The notes under the pieces were generated by a model, which was not told the DNA's origin, made no database searches, and saw nothing but the letters and a program-made list of their open reading frames with translations. The position numbers and the translations under genes were made by a program. From the NCBI GenBank assembly GCA_045635805.1, contig JAZTWI010000015.1, positions 3,474 to 67,473 of the forward strand: DNA of 64,000 bases. The letters are read 5' to 3'. Below, piece after piece: positions 31,493-40,484 of the stretch; the stretch's first letter is position 1; each line of letters opens with the position of its first letter. Source of the DNA: Clostridia bacterium (GTDB taxonomy: Bacteria; Bacillota; Clostridia; Christensenellales; UBA1242).

Positions 31493-32449
31493 GTGAGTAA
31501 AAAGAAGAAGAAAATAACAAAAAACAGAAAGAAGTTTTTTATAATAATCACCTGCTACATAGCAGTCTTTATAGTGACAGCGATTTTAACTGCCTCTACT
31601 CTTTCTTGGTTCTCAGGTAGTACCTGGAGTACTGAGATTTTATATATGGGCGGTCCGGTTTATATATACTTCTCTGACGACTCTGGTGTTAAAAACACCA
31701 GTGGTGCCAATCAAATGGTAATAGAGTTACCACCTAAGTGGGATAAACTCTACCCTGGTATGAATATCAAGTTTGAAGCAAAAGCTGTTATTCAAGGAGC
31801 TAAGTGGGAGAAAGAAAAATACAATAATGAGACTGTGGAGATATATACGACTGGCTGTATACTTAGAGCAAAGGTACTAATGGAAGTCACCACCCCTAGG
31901 GGCACCAAATACCCTAGTGCTGATGCCACAGCCGAAGATATACAGATAGCAAAGAGTTTATATGATAACTTATGGCCACAGCTTCAAGCCAAAGCTCAGA
32001 GTTCTGACGATGGCACAGGTAAATGGGTATTTGATTATCAAAACACAGAAAAACTAGAAGAAAACTACTTCTATTACATTTTATCTGACCAAGCAACACA
32101 GGCAGATGTTGGCAAATACAATCTAGTCGAAGTTGGTGGAATAGAAGAAAATGTAGCAGTAGGATTCTTAAACGATGCAGTAGTAACACTATCTGGTCTT
32201 GGTTTTGTAAATGAACACGCCGATTGTGATATCAAATTCACCATCGTATTCCACGCTTTGCAAGCCTTCCTTCCTTATGAAGAAGAAGACTTAGACCAAC
32301 CATACCAAGGAAATACGACAGGTAGAGATACAGATGTTGTTTGGAGCGACATTGGTACACCAAAGCCACTAACTATTGGCAATAGTAGAAGGGTATTTAC
32401 AGAAGCATTCTCTGTAATTTATGATACAAACACAACACCAGGAACATAA
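31493..32449 (+). CDS. Secreted protein with SipW-class (TasA/camelysin-like) signal peptide
   Basis: Lys-rich N-terminus (SKKKKKITKNRKK), a hydrophobic helix, then TASTLS-WFS, resembling the gTlA-wFt SipW cleavage motif. Start re-picked at GTG 31493. Confidence 0.6.
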   Translation: MSKKKKKITKNRKKFFIIITCYIAVFIVTAILTASTLSWFSGSTWSTEILYMGGPVYIYFSDDSGVKNTSGANQMVIELPPKWDKLYPGMNIKFEAKAVIQGAKWEKEKYNNETVEIYTTGCILRAKVLMEVTTPRGTKYPSADATAEDIQIAKSLYDNLWPQLQAKAQSSDDGTGKWVFDYQNTEKLEENYFYYILSDQATQADVGKYNLVEVGGIEENVAVGFLNDAVVTLSGLGFVNEHADCDIKFTIVFHALQAFLPYEEEDLDQPYQGNTTGRDTDVVWSDIGTPKPLTIGNSRRVFTEAFSVIYDTNTTPGT

Positions 32450-32471
32450 AAAACCATAAGGAGAAACACCC

Positions 32472-34127
32472 ATGACAGATATCGAAATTGCAAATTCAGT
32501 TAAACCAGAAAAAATCAAGAATATAGCGAAAAAATTAGGACTAAAGGCTAGAGATATTTTCCTATACGGAGACACAAAAGCCAAGGTTACTAAGAAGGTA
32601 ACAAAACCTAGAGAAGATAGTAAACTTGTCCTAGTTACTGCTATTAACCCAACTAGTGCAGGTATCGGTAAGACAACTGTTTCTATCGGTATTGCAGACG
32701 CCCTTAATAAATTAGGTGAGTCTGTATGTCTAGCACTAAGAGAGCCATCTCTTGGTCCTGTATTCGGTATCAAAGGTGGAGCTACGGGTGGTGGTCACAG
32801 CCAGGTAATTCCTATGGCTGATATCAACCTTCACTTTACGGGCGATTTCCACGCAATCACATCTGCAAACAACTTGCTTTGCTCTATGATAGACAATCAT
32901 ATTTTCCAAGGCAATGATTTAAATATTGACGAAGAAAAAATCCTTTTCCATAGATGCCTAGACCTAAACGATAGAGCGCTTAGGTCGGTAACTGTTGGTC
33001 AAACCAAGATAGAGACTCCTAGACAAGATAGTTTCACTATCACTGCTGCTAGTGAGATAATGGCTATTATGTGTTTATCTAAAAACCTAGCCGACCTAAA
33101 GACCAGACTAGGCAATATTTTAGTTGCAGTTAGCAAGAAAGGTAAGCCAATATATGCAAAAGACTTACAAGCACAAGACGCTATGGCAATACTACTAGAA
33201 CAAGCCTTGTACCCTAACCTAGTACAAACACTAGAAGGAACACCAGCACTTGTTCACTTAGGTCCTTTTGCAAATATCGCTCACGGCTGTAATAGTATCA
33301 CTGCAACAAAGCTTAGTATGGGTCTTGCTAAATACACCATTACTGAAGCAGGATTTGGTGCAGATTTAGGTGCCGAGAAGTTCCTAGACCTAAAGTGTAG
33401 AGTTGCCGAATTTAAACCAAACGCTGTGGTATTGGTTGCCACTATCCAAGCCCTAAAACTTCACGGTGGTGTGGATAAAAACAATCTAAAAGAAGAGAAT
33501 TTACCTGCCCTTACAGAAGGTATGGGAAACCTACTCAGACATATCGAAATTATTAAAAATGTCTACAAATTACCACTAGTAGTAACCCTTAATAAATACA
33601 CTAGCGATAGCCCAAAAGAAGTAGAGTTGGTGCTTAACAAACTAAAAGAACTAAATGTTAAATACGCAATTAATGACGCATGGGCTCTAGGCGGAGAAGG
33701 TGCTACTGACTTAGCTCAAAAAGTTATGGCTGCGTGTGAAGAAGATAATTCTAAATTTAGTTATAGTTATAACCTAGAAGACTCCGTTGAGAAGAAAATC
33801 ACTGATATTGCTAAAAATGTATATGGTGCCGATGGTGTAGAGCTATTAGAACCAGCAAAAGAAGCAATCAGGACTATAGAAAAACTTAAACTTAGCCACT
33901 ACCCTGTGGTTATTGCAAAGACACAATATTCACTCAGTGACAATGCTAAATTAATCGGCGCACCTAAGGGCTTTACTGTAACAATTAGAGATATTGAAAT
34001 TAGAAATGGTGCAGGATTCCTAGTTGCCCTTGCAGGAGACATGATGCTAATGCCAGGCCTTAGCAAGAAACCTGCAGCGACAGGAATGAAGATTACCAGC
34101 AATGGTAAAATAAGTGGACTTTTCTAA
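32472..34127 (+). CDS. fhs: Formate--tetrahydrofolate ligase
   Basis: TAINPTSAGIGKTT, LREPSLGPVFGIKGGATGGG, INLHFTGDFHAI, GPFANIAHG, TEAGFGADLGAEKF, AKTQYS, MPGL. Confidence 0.97.
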   Translation: MTDIEIANSVKPEKIKNIAKKLGLKARDIFLYGDTKAKVTKKVTKPREDSKLVLVTAINPTSAGIGKTTVSIGIADALNKLGESVCLALREPSLGPVFGIKGGATGGGHSQVIPMADINLHFTGDFHAITSANNLLCSMIDNHIFQGNDLNIDEEKILFHRCLDLNDRALRSVTVGQTKIETPRQDSFTITAASEIMAIMCLSKNLADLKTRLGNILVAVSKKGKPIYAKDLQAQDAMAILLEQALYPNLVQTLEGTPALVHLGPFANIAHGCNSITATKLSMGLAKYTITEAGFGADLGAEKFLDLKCRVAEFKPNAVVLVATIQALKLHGGVDKNNLKEENLPALTEGMGNLLRHIEIIKNVYKLPLVVTLNKYTSDSPKEVELVLNKLKELNVKYAINDAWALGGEGATDLAQKVMAACEEDNSKFSYSYNLEDSVEKKITDIAKNVYGADGVELLEPAKEAIRTIEKLKLSHYPVVIAKTQYSLSDNAKLIGAPKGFTVTIRDIEIRNGAGFLVALAGDMMLMPGLSKKPAATGMKITSNGKISGLF

Positions 34128-34145
34128 AAGAAAAAAGAGAAGATT

Positions 34146-35078
34146 ATGGAAGAAAAAATTTACGATTTAATTATACTTGGTGGTGGTCCTGCTAGTATGA
34201 GTGCAGGAGTGTACGCTAGCCAGATGAAACTAGACACCCTTCTTATCGAAAAAGAGACATTTGGTGGGCAAATTGCCACCACTAGCCTAGTTATCAATTA
34301 CCTAGGTTTTGAGAGCATTACAGGCGAAGATTTATCTGAGAAAATGCATAAGCATTTAGAGACCACAGCTACCAAGATAGTAAAAGAAGAAATCATTAAA
34401 ACCGAACTTTCAGGTGACATTAAACTAGTATACACACACAGCAATTGCTACAAAGCAAAGGCCGTGATTATTGGTATCGGTACACAGGTTAGAAAACTTG
34501 GCGTAGAAAAAGAGCAATTTTACCTTAAAAAGGGCCTTAGCTATACAACACTTAAAGACAGAGACTCTTTCGCAGACAAAGTCGTTGCTATCGTTGGTGG
34601 TGGTAATTCTGCTATAGAAGACGCTATGTATCTAGCCGAGAAGTGCAAAAAAGTATATATTGTACACCGTAGACAAGAATTCCGTGCAGATGCTAAGGTT
34701 GTTAGTGACCTACACTCTGCTATAGCAAATAACGGAAATATTGAATTGGTATTAGACAGCAAACCACATAGCATTGTGGGAGAAGAAAAAGTTGAAAAAT
34801 TCTGTGTAGAACACATACCTACAGGAGAAATCAAGGAACTCCCTGTTGATGGCATCTTTGTATGCATTGGTAGGGGTGCCGACACCGATATTATCGATGC
34901 TCAAATCGAGAAAGACTTCTCTGGCTACATTGTTACCGATACATATATGAGAACAAGTCTAGACAGAGTATATGCTGTAGGAGATATTAGAACTACTCCA
35001 CTTAGACAAATTGCTACTGCTGTTGCCGATGGTTCTATCGCTGCAGTAACAGCGTTTAATGACCTAAAAAGGAAATAA
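34146..35078 (+). CDS. Thioredoxin-reductase-like FAD/NADPH oxidoreductase lacking the catalytic CxxC
   Basis: GGGPA FAD motif, GGQI, GGGNSA and HRR NADPH motifs, YAVGD. The canonical GVSYCATCDG site reads GLSYTTLKDR. Confidence 0.8.
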   Translation: MEEKIYDLIILGGGPASMSAGVYASQMKLDTLLIEKETFGGQIATTSLVINYLGFESITGEDLSEKMHKHLETTATKIVKEEIIKTELSGDIKLVYTHSNCYKAKAVIIGIGTQVRKLGVEKEQFYLKKGLSYTTLKDRDSFADKVVAIVGGGNSAIEDAMYLAEKCKKVYIVHRRQEFRADAKVVSDLHSAIANNGNIELVLDSKPHSIVGEEKVEKFCVEHIPTGEIKELPVDGIFVCIGRGADTDIIDAQIEKDFSGYIVTDTYMRTSLDRVYAVGDIRTTPLRQIATAVADGSIAAVTAFNDLKRK

Positions 35079-35086
35079 TAGCACAT

Positions 35087-35683
35087 ATGAAAAATATTAT
35101 TGTTGCATCAAATAACAAACACAAATTAGAAGAAATAAAAGTAATTCTAGACGAGTACAATCTTCTAACCCTTAATGATATAGACTTTCACGACGATATC
35201 GTAGAAGATGGTAATACTTTTAAAGAAAATGCACTTATAAAAGCAAATACTATTAGAGACTATGTAAAGGGTACAGACAAAGAAAACTATATCATCATCG
35301 CAGATGATAGCGGACTCAGTGTAGACGCCTTAAGCGGTGCACCTGGAATATACTCTGCTAGATACAGTGGTCTCGGTGATGAAGGCAATAGACAGTTGCT
35401 TCTAAAAGAAATGAAAGATATAGATAATAGAGATGCACATTTCTATTGCTGTATCGCAATCTCACTACCAAACGGAGATACACATACCGTTGTAGGTAAA
35501 ACCTTTGGAACAATCACAAGAGAAAAGGTGGGCGATGATAGCTTCGGTTACGATTGCTTATTCCTATCTAAAGACTTAAATAAAACTTTCGGTGAAGCAA
35601 GTGCCGAAGAAAAGAACTCAGTATCACATAGATATTACGCCCTATTAGAAGTTAAAAAATACTTAGATAGCGTAGCACAATAA
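35087..35683 (+). CDS. rdgB: dITP/XTP pyrophosphatase (Ham1 family)
   Basis: ASNNKHKLEE, ENALIKA, ADDSGL..DAL.GAPGIYSARY, FGYD..F, KNSVSHR. Confidence 0.95.
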   Translation: MKNIIVASNNKHKLEEIKVILDEYNLLTLNDIDFHDDIVEDGNTFKENALIKANTIRDYVKGTDKENYIIIADDSGLSVDALSGAPGIYSARYSGLGDEGNRQLLLKEMKDIDNRDAHFYCCIAISLPNGDTHTVVGKTFGTITREKVGDDSFGYDCLFLSKDLNKTFGEASAEEKNSVSHRYYALLEVKKYLDSVAQ

Positions 35684-35694
35684 TTAATAAATAT

Positions 35695-35728
35695 AAAAAA
35701 AGGAGAACCATATTCGGTTCTCTTTTTT
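35695..35728 (+). terminator. Terminator of fhs-trxB-like-rdgB operon
   Basis: GGAGAACC-atattc-GGTTCTCT followed by a T-run. Confidence 0.8.
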
Positions 35729-35798
35729 GTTACTCATATGAACCAAATCAACCACCCTAGCATACAAATATATAGAGAATTTATCAAAGGAGAGAGAA

Positions 35799-37076
35799 AT
35801 GATATATACCGTAAAAAGTGGAGACACTCTATATAAAATAGCAGCAATGTATGGGAGCACAATTAATGATATAGTTGTAGCTAATGGACTAGAAAATCCA
35901 GATAGTATTATCATAGGACAGAACTTAATAATACCTAGAAACATAAGTTCTACTTATAGAGTAAAAGCAGGAGATACTATGTATAAGATAGCTATGCGTT
36001 ACTCTATTCCCTTGCAGAGCCTTATACAAGCCAACCCACAAATTCAGAACCCAAATCTAATTAATATTGGAGACACTATCAATATTCCAGATAATAGAAG
36101 AGAAATCGAAGTCAATGGCTATGCCATAGCAAATATAAGCGACACTACTCTTACTCGCACACTGCCATACCTTACATACTTAAGCATCTTTAGTTATCAA
36201 GTAAATAGCGAAGGAAGACTCAGTAATCTATATGAAGAGAGTCTAATAAATAAAGCTCTTGAGAGCAGTGTCACACCACTAATGGTAGTAACAAACATTG
36301 CCGAAACGGGTGGTTTTAATAGCGATATTACAAGCAGTATTTTAAATAGTACAGAAATTCAGAATAGAGTAATTACTGACATTATCTCTATACTTACTGC
36401 CAAAAGATATGCAGGTATTAACATAGACTTTGAATATATCTACCCACAAGACAGAGAAAAATATAATGAATTTTTACGTAATTTAAATACTCAAATGAAG
36501 GCCATCAACCCAGAATATATATTAACTGTAGCAGTTGCACCTAAGTATAGAGACGAGCAATCTGGCATACTCTACGAAGCACACGATTATAGGAGCATAG
36601 GAGAGATAGCAGACAGAGTAATCATTATGACCTATGAGTGGGGATATATGTATGGAGAACCTATGGCTGTGAGTCCTAAAAATGAAATGTCGGCTGTACT
36701 CAAATATGCTGTAACTAGAATACCTGCAAATAAGATATTAATGGGACTACCTAATTACGCATACGATTGGACTCTACCATACACACCTGGAAGTTCTGCC
36801 GAAGCCATATCAAACACCACTACACTAAACCGAGCTATTAGTTATGGCGTTAATATTAGATTTGATGAAAAATCTCAAACACCATATTACGAGTATAGAG
36901 ATGCAAATGGAAGAGAACATATAGTGTGGTTTGACGATGCTAGAAGTTACAAATCCAAACTAGAACTAGTGGATACATACGGACTTGCAGGTATCAGTAT
37001 CTGGACTATCAATAATGACTATCCACCACTACTAAGTGCAATAAATGACAGATACATTGTCAAAAAAGTTATGTAA
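35799..37076 (+). CDS. 2xLysM + GH18 hydrolase (YaaH/SleL/YdhD-like spore peptidoglycan hydrolase)
   Basis: Two LysM repeats (YTVKSGDTLYKIA; YRVKAGDTMYKIA), GH18 catalytic GINIDFE, IMTYEWG and C-terminal GISIW. Confidence 0.9.
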   Translation: MIYTVKSGDTLYKIAAMYGSTINDIVVANGLENPDSIIIGQNLIIPRNISSTYRVKAGDTMYKIAMRYSIPLQSLIQANPQIQNPNLINIGDTINIPDNRREIEVNGYAIANISDTTLTRTLPYLTYLSIFSYQVNSEGRLSNLYEESLINKALESSVTPLMVVTNIAETGGFNSDITSSILNSTEIQNRVITDIISILTAKRYAGINIDFEYIYPQDREKYNEFLRNLNTQMKAINPEYILTVAVAPKYRDEQSGILYEAHDYRSIGEIADRVIIMTYEWGYMYGEPMAVSPKNEMSAVLKYAVTRIPANKILMGLPNYAYDWTLPYTPGSSAEAISNTTTLNRAISYGVNIRFDEKSQTPYYEYRDANGREHIVWFDDARSYKSKLELVDTYGLAGISIWTINNDYPPLLSAINDRYIVKKVM

Positions 37077-37219
37077 ATTGTGAAAAAATATAGTATTTTA
37101 GGTAAAAAGTGCAGATAAAACATTGATTTATTATTTTTTTGTGTTATAATCATTGTGAAAAATGAATTAATATACCATTAAAAGTATAATTATATACAAA
37201 TGATAAAGGAAGGGACGAT

Positions 37220-38605
37220 ATGGAAAGAAGAATATTTTTTGAAGACGCGAGAAAAAATGTATTAGAGTTATTCTCTATAGAGTTCCCTACTATGCACGTA
37301 GCAGACATTGACTTATTCATCAGTAATTTTTACAAATGGGTTAATTACGAAGAAGAAGGTCAAAAGATTAGACCCACTATTATCATCACTAGTAGCATCA
37401 ATACTATTGTAAAAGCAGTTCCTGGCTCTAAGAAAATTATTTTCTACGAAGATGCAAACACAGCCAACTTCAAGGCTCATATCAAAGCCCTAATGGTTTT
37501 CTGTAAGAGTAGCTGGAATATCTATATGTGCTTTACAGATGCAGGTGTCGAGTATGGCATCATCAAAGGCCTTACTAGTATCAAAGAGATGTCCCTAATA
37601 CAGACAATTACACGCAAAGAAACTATGGAAGCAATTGCTAAGAAAGCAAACCTAGTAATCTTATCAGTTGTCGGTGGTGGCGTATGTAAATTAAAAGGCG
37701 CTAGGGGTAATACCGTTTCTATTTGCTTCAACTTAAATAGTGGTAGCGAATATAATTGGGAAAATGAAATCTACGACTTCGTTGAAGCGTGTGTTTCAAA
37801 AATTAAAACAACTCCTAGGAAACTTCAAGATATTAGAAACCTACTTTTCAACACCTTCCAAAGATGCTTAAAAGACTTGCACGGAACTATATGTCTAGTT
37901 GTAGACAAAGAGTTTAAAGACAGAACAGGCTTCCTAGCAGACGGAACTTGGTTAAAAGAGCCAATTGAATTTGCTAAACTCTTTATGAGAAGCAATAAGT
38001 TTGACGAAAACGTGCTCAGAAGTTATGCAGACGTATTCACAACAATGCTAGACTTTGACGGTATCACAATCATAGATAATGCTGGTAGAATTAGAGCATA
38101 CAACGTATTTATCGAATCAAACAATACCGAAAAAATCGTTGGTGGTGCTAGAAAAAGAGCAGCATATAGCCTATTACAGAGCAAACTCAAGAAAATCGTT
38201 GGTGTATACTTCCAGTCTCAAGACGGTGACAACTTCTATAAAGAGAGAAGCGACTTAAGAAAGAAAAAGCAAAAAGTTAAAATTGTCGATGGTCACGCAG
38301 TTGGTGAAAATGACGAGATGCTTCCACTAGAAGTTATCGCAAATTTAGAGATTCAGAAGAAGAAAGAAGAAGAAAAAGAAAAAGAAAGAATCGCTAAAGA
38401 ACTAGCTAAAGAGAAAGAAAAACTTGAGAAAGAAAAAGAGAAATTAGCCAAAGCAAAAGAAAAATTAGAAACAGAAAAAGAAAAGCTAGAAACACAAAAG
38501 GAAAAACTAGAGATAGAGAAGGAAGAAGCCACAAAGGAAGAAGCCCTAAAAGAACAATCTCTAGAAAAAGAAATGTTTGAAGAAGTAGATACTACTACAG
38601 AATAA
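37220..38605 (+). CDS. Diadenylate-cyclase-like (DisA_N/DAC fold) protein with N-terminal unknown domain and charged coiled-coil tail
   Basis: LDFDGITIID (cf. DAC DGA motif), GGARKRAA (cf. GtRHrAA) and terminal VGVYFQSQDG (cf. vSqe.G) in the expected order; SD AAGGAAGGG. Confidence 0.65.
   Translation: MERRIFFEDARKNVLELFSIEFPTMHVADIDLFISNFYKWVNYEEEGQKIRPTIIITSSINTIVKAVPGSKKIIFYEDANTANFKAHIKALMVFCKSSWNIYMCFTDAGVEYGIIKGLTSIKEMSLIQTITRKETMEAIAKKANLVILSVVGGGVCKLKGARGNTVSICFNLNSGSEYNWENEIYDFVEACVSKIKTTPRKLQDIRNLLFNTFQRCLKDLHGTICLVVDKEFKDRTGFLADGTWLKEPIEFAKLFMRSNKFDENVLRSYADVFTTMLDFDGITIIDNAGRIRAYNVFIESNNTEKIVGGARKRAAYSLLQSKLKKIVGVYFQSQDGDNFYKERSDLRKKKQKVKIVDGHAVGENDEMLPLEVIANLEIQKKKEEEKEKERIAKELAKEKEKLEKEKEKLAKAKEKLETEKEKLETQKEKLEIEKEEATKEEALKEQSLEKEMFEEVDTTTE
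38411..38515 (+). repeat. Five tandem 21-nt heptad repeats in the DAC-like tail
   Basis: EKEKLEK / EKEKLAK / AKEKLET / EKEKLET / QKEKLEI. Confidence 0.8.
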
Positions 38606-38608
38606 TAC

Positions 38609-38640
38609 AAACACCACAGAAATGTGGTGTTTTTCTTTTT
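38609..38640 (+). terminator. Terminator after DAC-like gene
   Basis: AAACACCACA-gaaa-TGTGGTGTTT plus a T-run. Confidence 0.85.
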
Positions 38641-38777
38641 TGTAATAATTCTTTCTAAAGGCAACTCGTGTATTTGTCCCACATATTAATTTAAGAGTTA
38701 ATACATAATATGTATTAAAAAATTATTTTGAATATAAACTAAAATGAGATATAATAAAAAAAATAAGGAGATGGAAG

Positions 38778-40436
38778 ATGAAAAAGATATTGAGAAATAT
38801 ATTACTTGCAATACTACTCATACCTGTTTGTCTAGGTTTTTTTGGCTGTAAAAAAGACGACACCCCACCAGAAGAGCCTAAACCAAATCCACCACCCACA
38901 CTTACAGTTGCTCTAGATACGCTAGAAGATATTATCGACTTAAGTAACCTATCTATGACAGTCGATGGTAGTGCTAACACTAATTATCTAAAAACAACTA
39001 ACGGAACAGCAACCGAAAATAAAACTTATAATACAGGTAACTTCACACTAAAAGCCGATGGCAGTGATTTTTATTTAAATATCGATGATGAAAGTGAGCA
39101 TTACCTATCAGAAAATGTATTATATAGTAGAGATATACTAGGAAACGACACTTATAGCAAATGGAATATTACATACAATAATATGCTACACAATATCTTA
39201 GAGAAAGATGGTGGTCTTGCCAATGTAGGAAAATTTATTAAACCAATTACTATAGGACTAATAGAAAACATCTCTACTTTTAATAAAAATTGGGTAACTA
39301 CCAGAAATCTAAATAATGGTGGCTACGGACTAGACATTAATCTATCTCTCACTAGTATGCTAAATAAGATTCAAAGAATCATAAAAGAAACATACGCCGA
39401 CACTAGCGAAAACAAGACATTAGAAGCTTTTATAGATAAAGTCCTTGCTGAGAAATACCCTGACATAACACTCGAAAAAATCCTTACCGACCTATTTGGT
39501 AATGACGAAGGCGCTACAGGTTTTGTTAAAGAGCAGACCAGAATTAGAAGTGTACTAACCCATCTCGACGAAAAATTTGGCTTAGACACATATACACTTG
39601 TTTATAATATGCTAAATACTTACCACCTAATGACATCTTCTTCTGGAACAGTTATGTCTGCTAAAATAGCAACCGATGTTATAATGGGAACCACTGTTTA
39701 TTCGGCTGTATCTATCATTAATAATTTTGTATTTGATACAGACGAAACCATTACAGATATCACACTTGAGCAAGTTAGAGATTTTGTAGATAATATTGTA
39801 GACAAATACTTTAGAAGTGAGACATATACAGTAGAGTATCTTTGCGATAAAATAAACCCTACTATTAATCAGTTGCTAAACAAAGAAATTGACATATACG
39901 ATATTCTTACCACCTGTGATATTGAGAAGGTTAATTTCAGTATCAAAATAGAGACAACTGCAGATAAAAATGACTTAGCTCTAATCACAGGAGATATGGA
40001 TATAAAACTAGGTAGAGAGACAACCCAAAACCAAGTTACCATAGAGCACAACTACTCTCTAACAGGTAGTTTCAACCTTGCATTTAGTGGTCACGGAACA
40101 ACTACCGTTACACCACCGACTGTTCAAGACGGAGAGCATAAGAAAATTAGCCTTCTTCTAGTTGTGAGAGATTTATATGAAAATTCTTCTTATAGAGAAG
40201 TACTAGAAATACCATACTTTACAGAAGATATAGAGATAGTGAAAGACACTCATATCTTTAGATATGAAGCCACTCAACACAAATTCTATATATCACCTGA
40301 CGCTGTAAATTATATGCTAGGTATTATAAATTACGAGAAGATAGAGAATCCCGATAGAACTATATCATTTAGCGATACTCTATCATCTGGTATAGAAATA
40401 TCTGTAAAAATTCTATATACACCAGAGATTTTATAA
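38778..40436 (+). CDS. Lipoprotein of unknown function
   Basis: MKK + hydrophobic helix + lipobox-like FFG-C at residue 24; Pro-rich linker PPEEPKPNPPP; SD AAGGAG. Confidence 0.8.
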   Translation: MKKILRNILLAILLIPVCLGFFGCKKDDTPPEEPKPNPPPTLTVALDTLEDIIDLSNLSMTVDGSANTNYLKTTNGTATENKTYNTGNFTLKADGSDFYLNIDDESEHYLSENVLYSRDILGNDTYSKWNITYNNMLHNILEKDGGLANVGKFIKPITIGLIENISTFNKNWVTTRNLNNGGYGLDINLSLTSMLNKIQRIIKETYADTSENKTLEAFIDKVLAEKYPDITLEKILTDLFGNDEGATGFVKEQTRIRSVLTHLDEKFGLDTYTLVYNMLNTYHLMTSSSGTVMSAKIATDVIMGTTVYSAVSIINNFVFDTDETITDITLEQVRDFVDNIVDKYFRSETYTVEYLCDKINPTINQLLNKEIDIYDILTTCDIEKVNFSIKIETTADKNDLALITGDMDIKLGRETTQNQVTIEHNYSLTGSFNLAFSGHGTTTVTPPTVQDGEHKKISLLLVVRDLYENSSYREVLEIPYFTEDIEIVKDTHIFRYEATQHKFYISPDAVNYMLGIINYEKIENPDRTISFSDTLSSGIEISVKILYTPEIL

Positions 40437-40440
40437 AACA

Positions 40441-40475
40441 AAAAACGATACTGCTCTAGTATCGTTTTTCTTTTT
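40441..40475. terminator. Bidirectional terminator between convergent genes
   Basis: AAAAACGATACT-gctct-AGTATCGTTTTT. Confidence 0.85.
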
Positions 40476-40484
40476 GTTATGTTA

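Noticed and set aside
34146-35078. Annotation as a true thioredoxin reductase (trxB)
   Set aside because: Both active-site cysteines are absent.
35730-35798. SigE/SigK promoter upstream of the LysM-GH18 gene (CATACAAAT)
   Set aside because: The spacing and -10 register do not fit either consensus cleanly.
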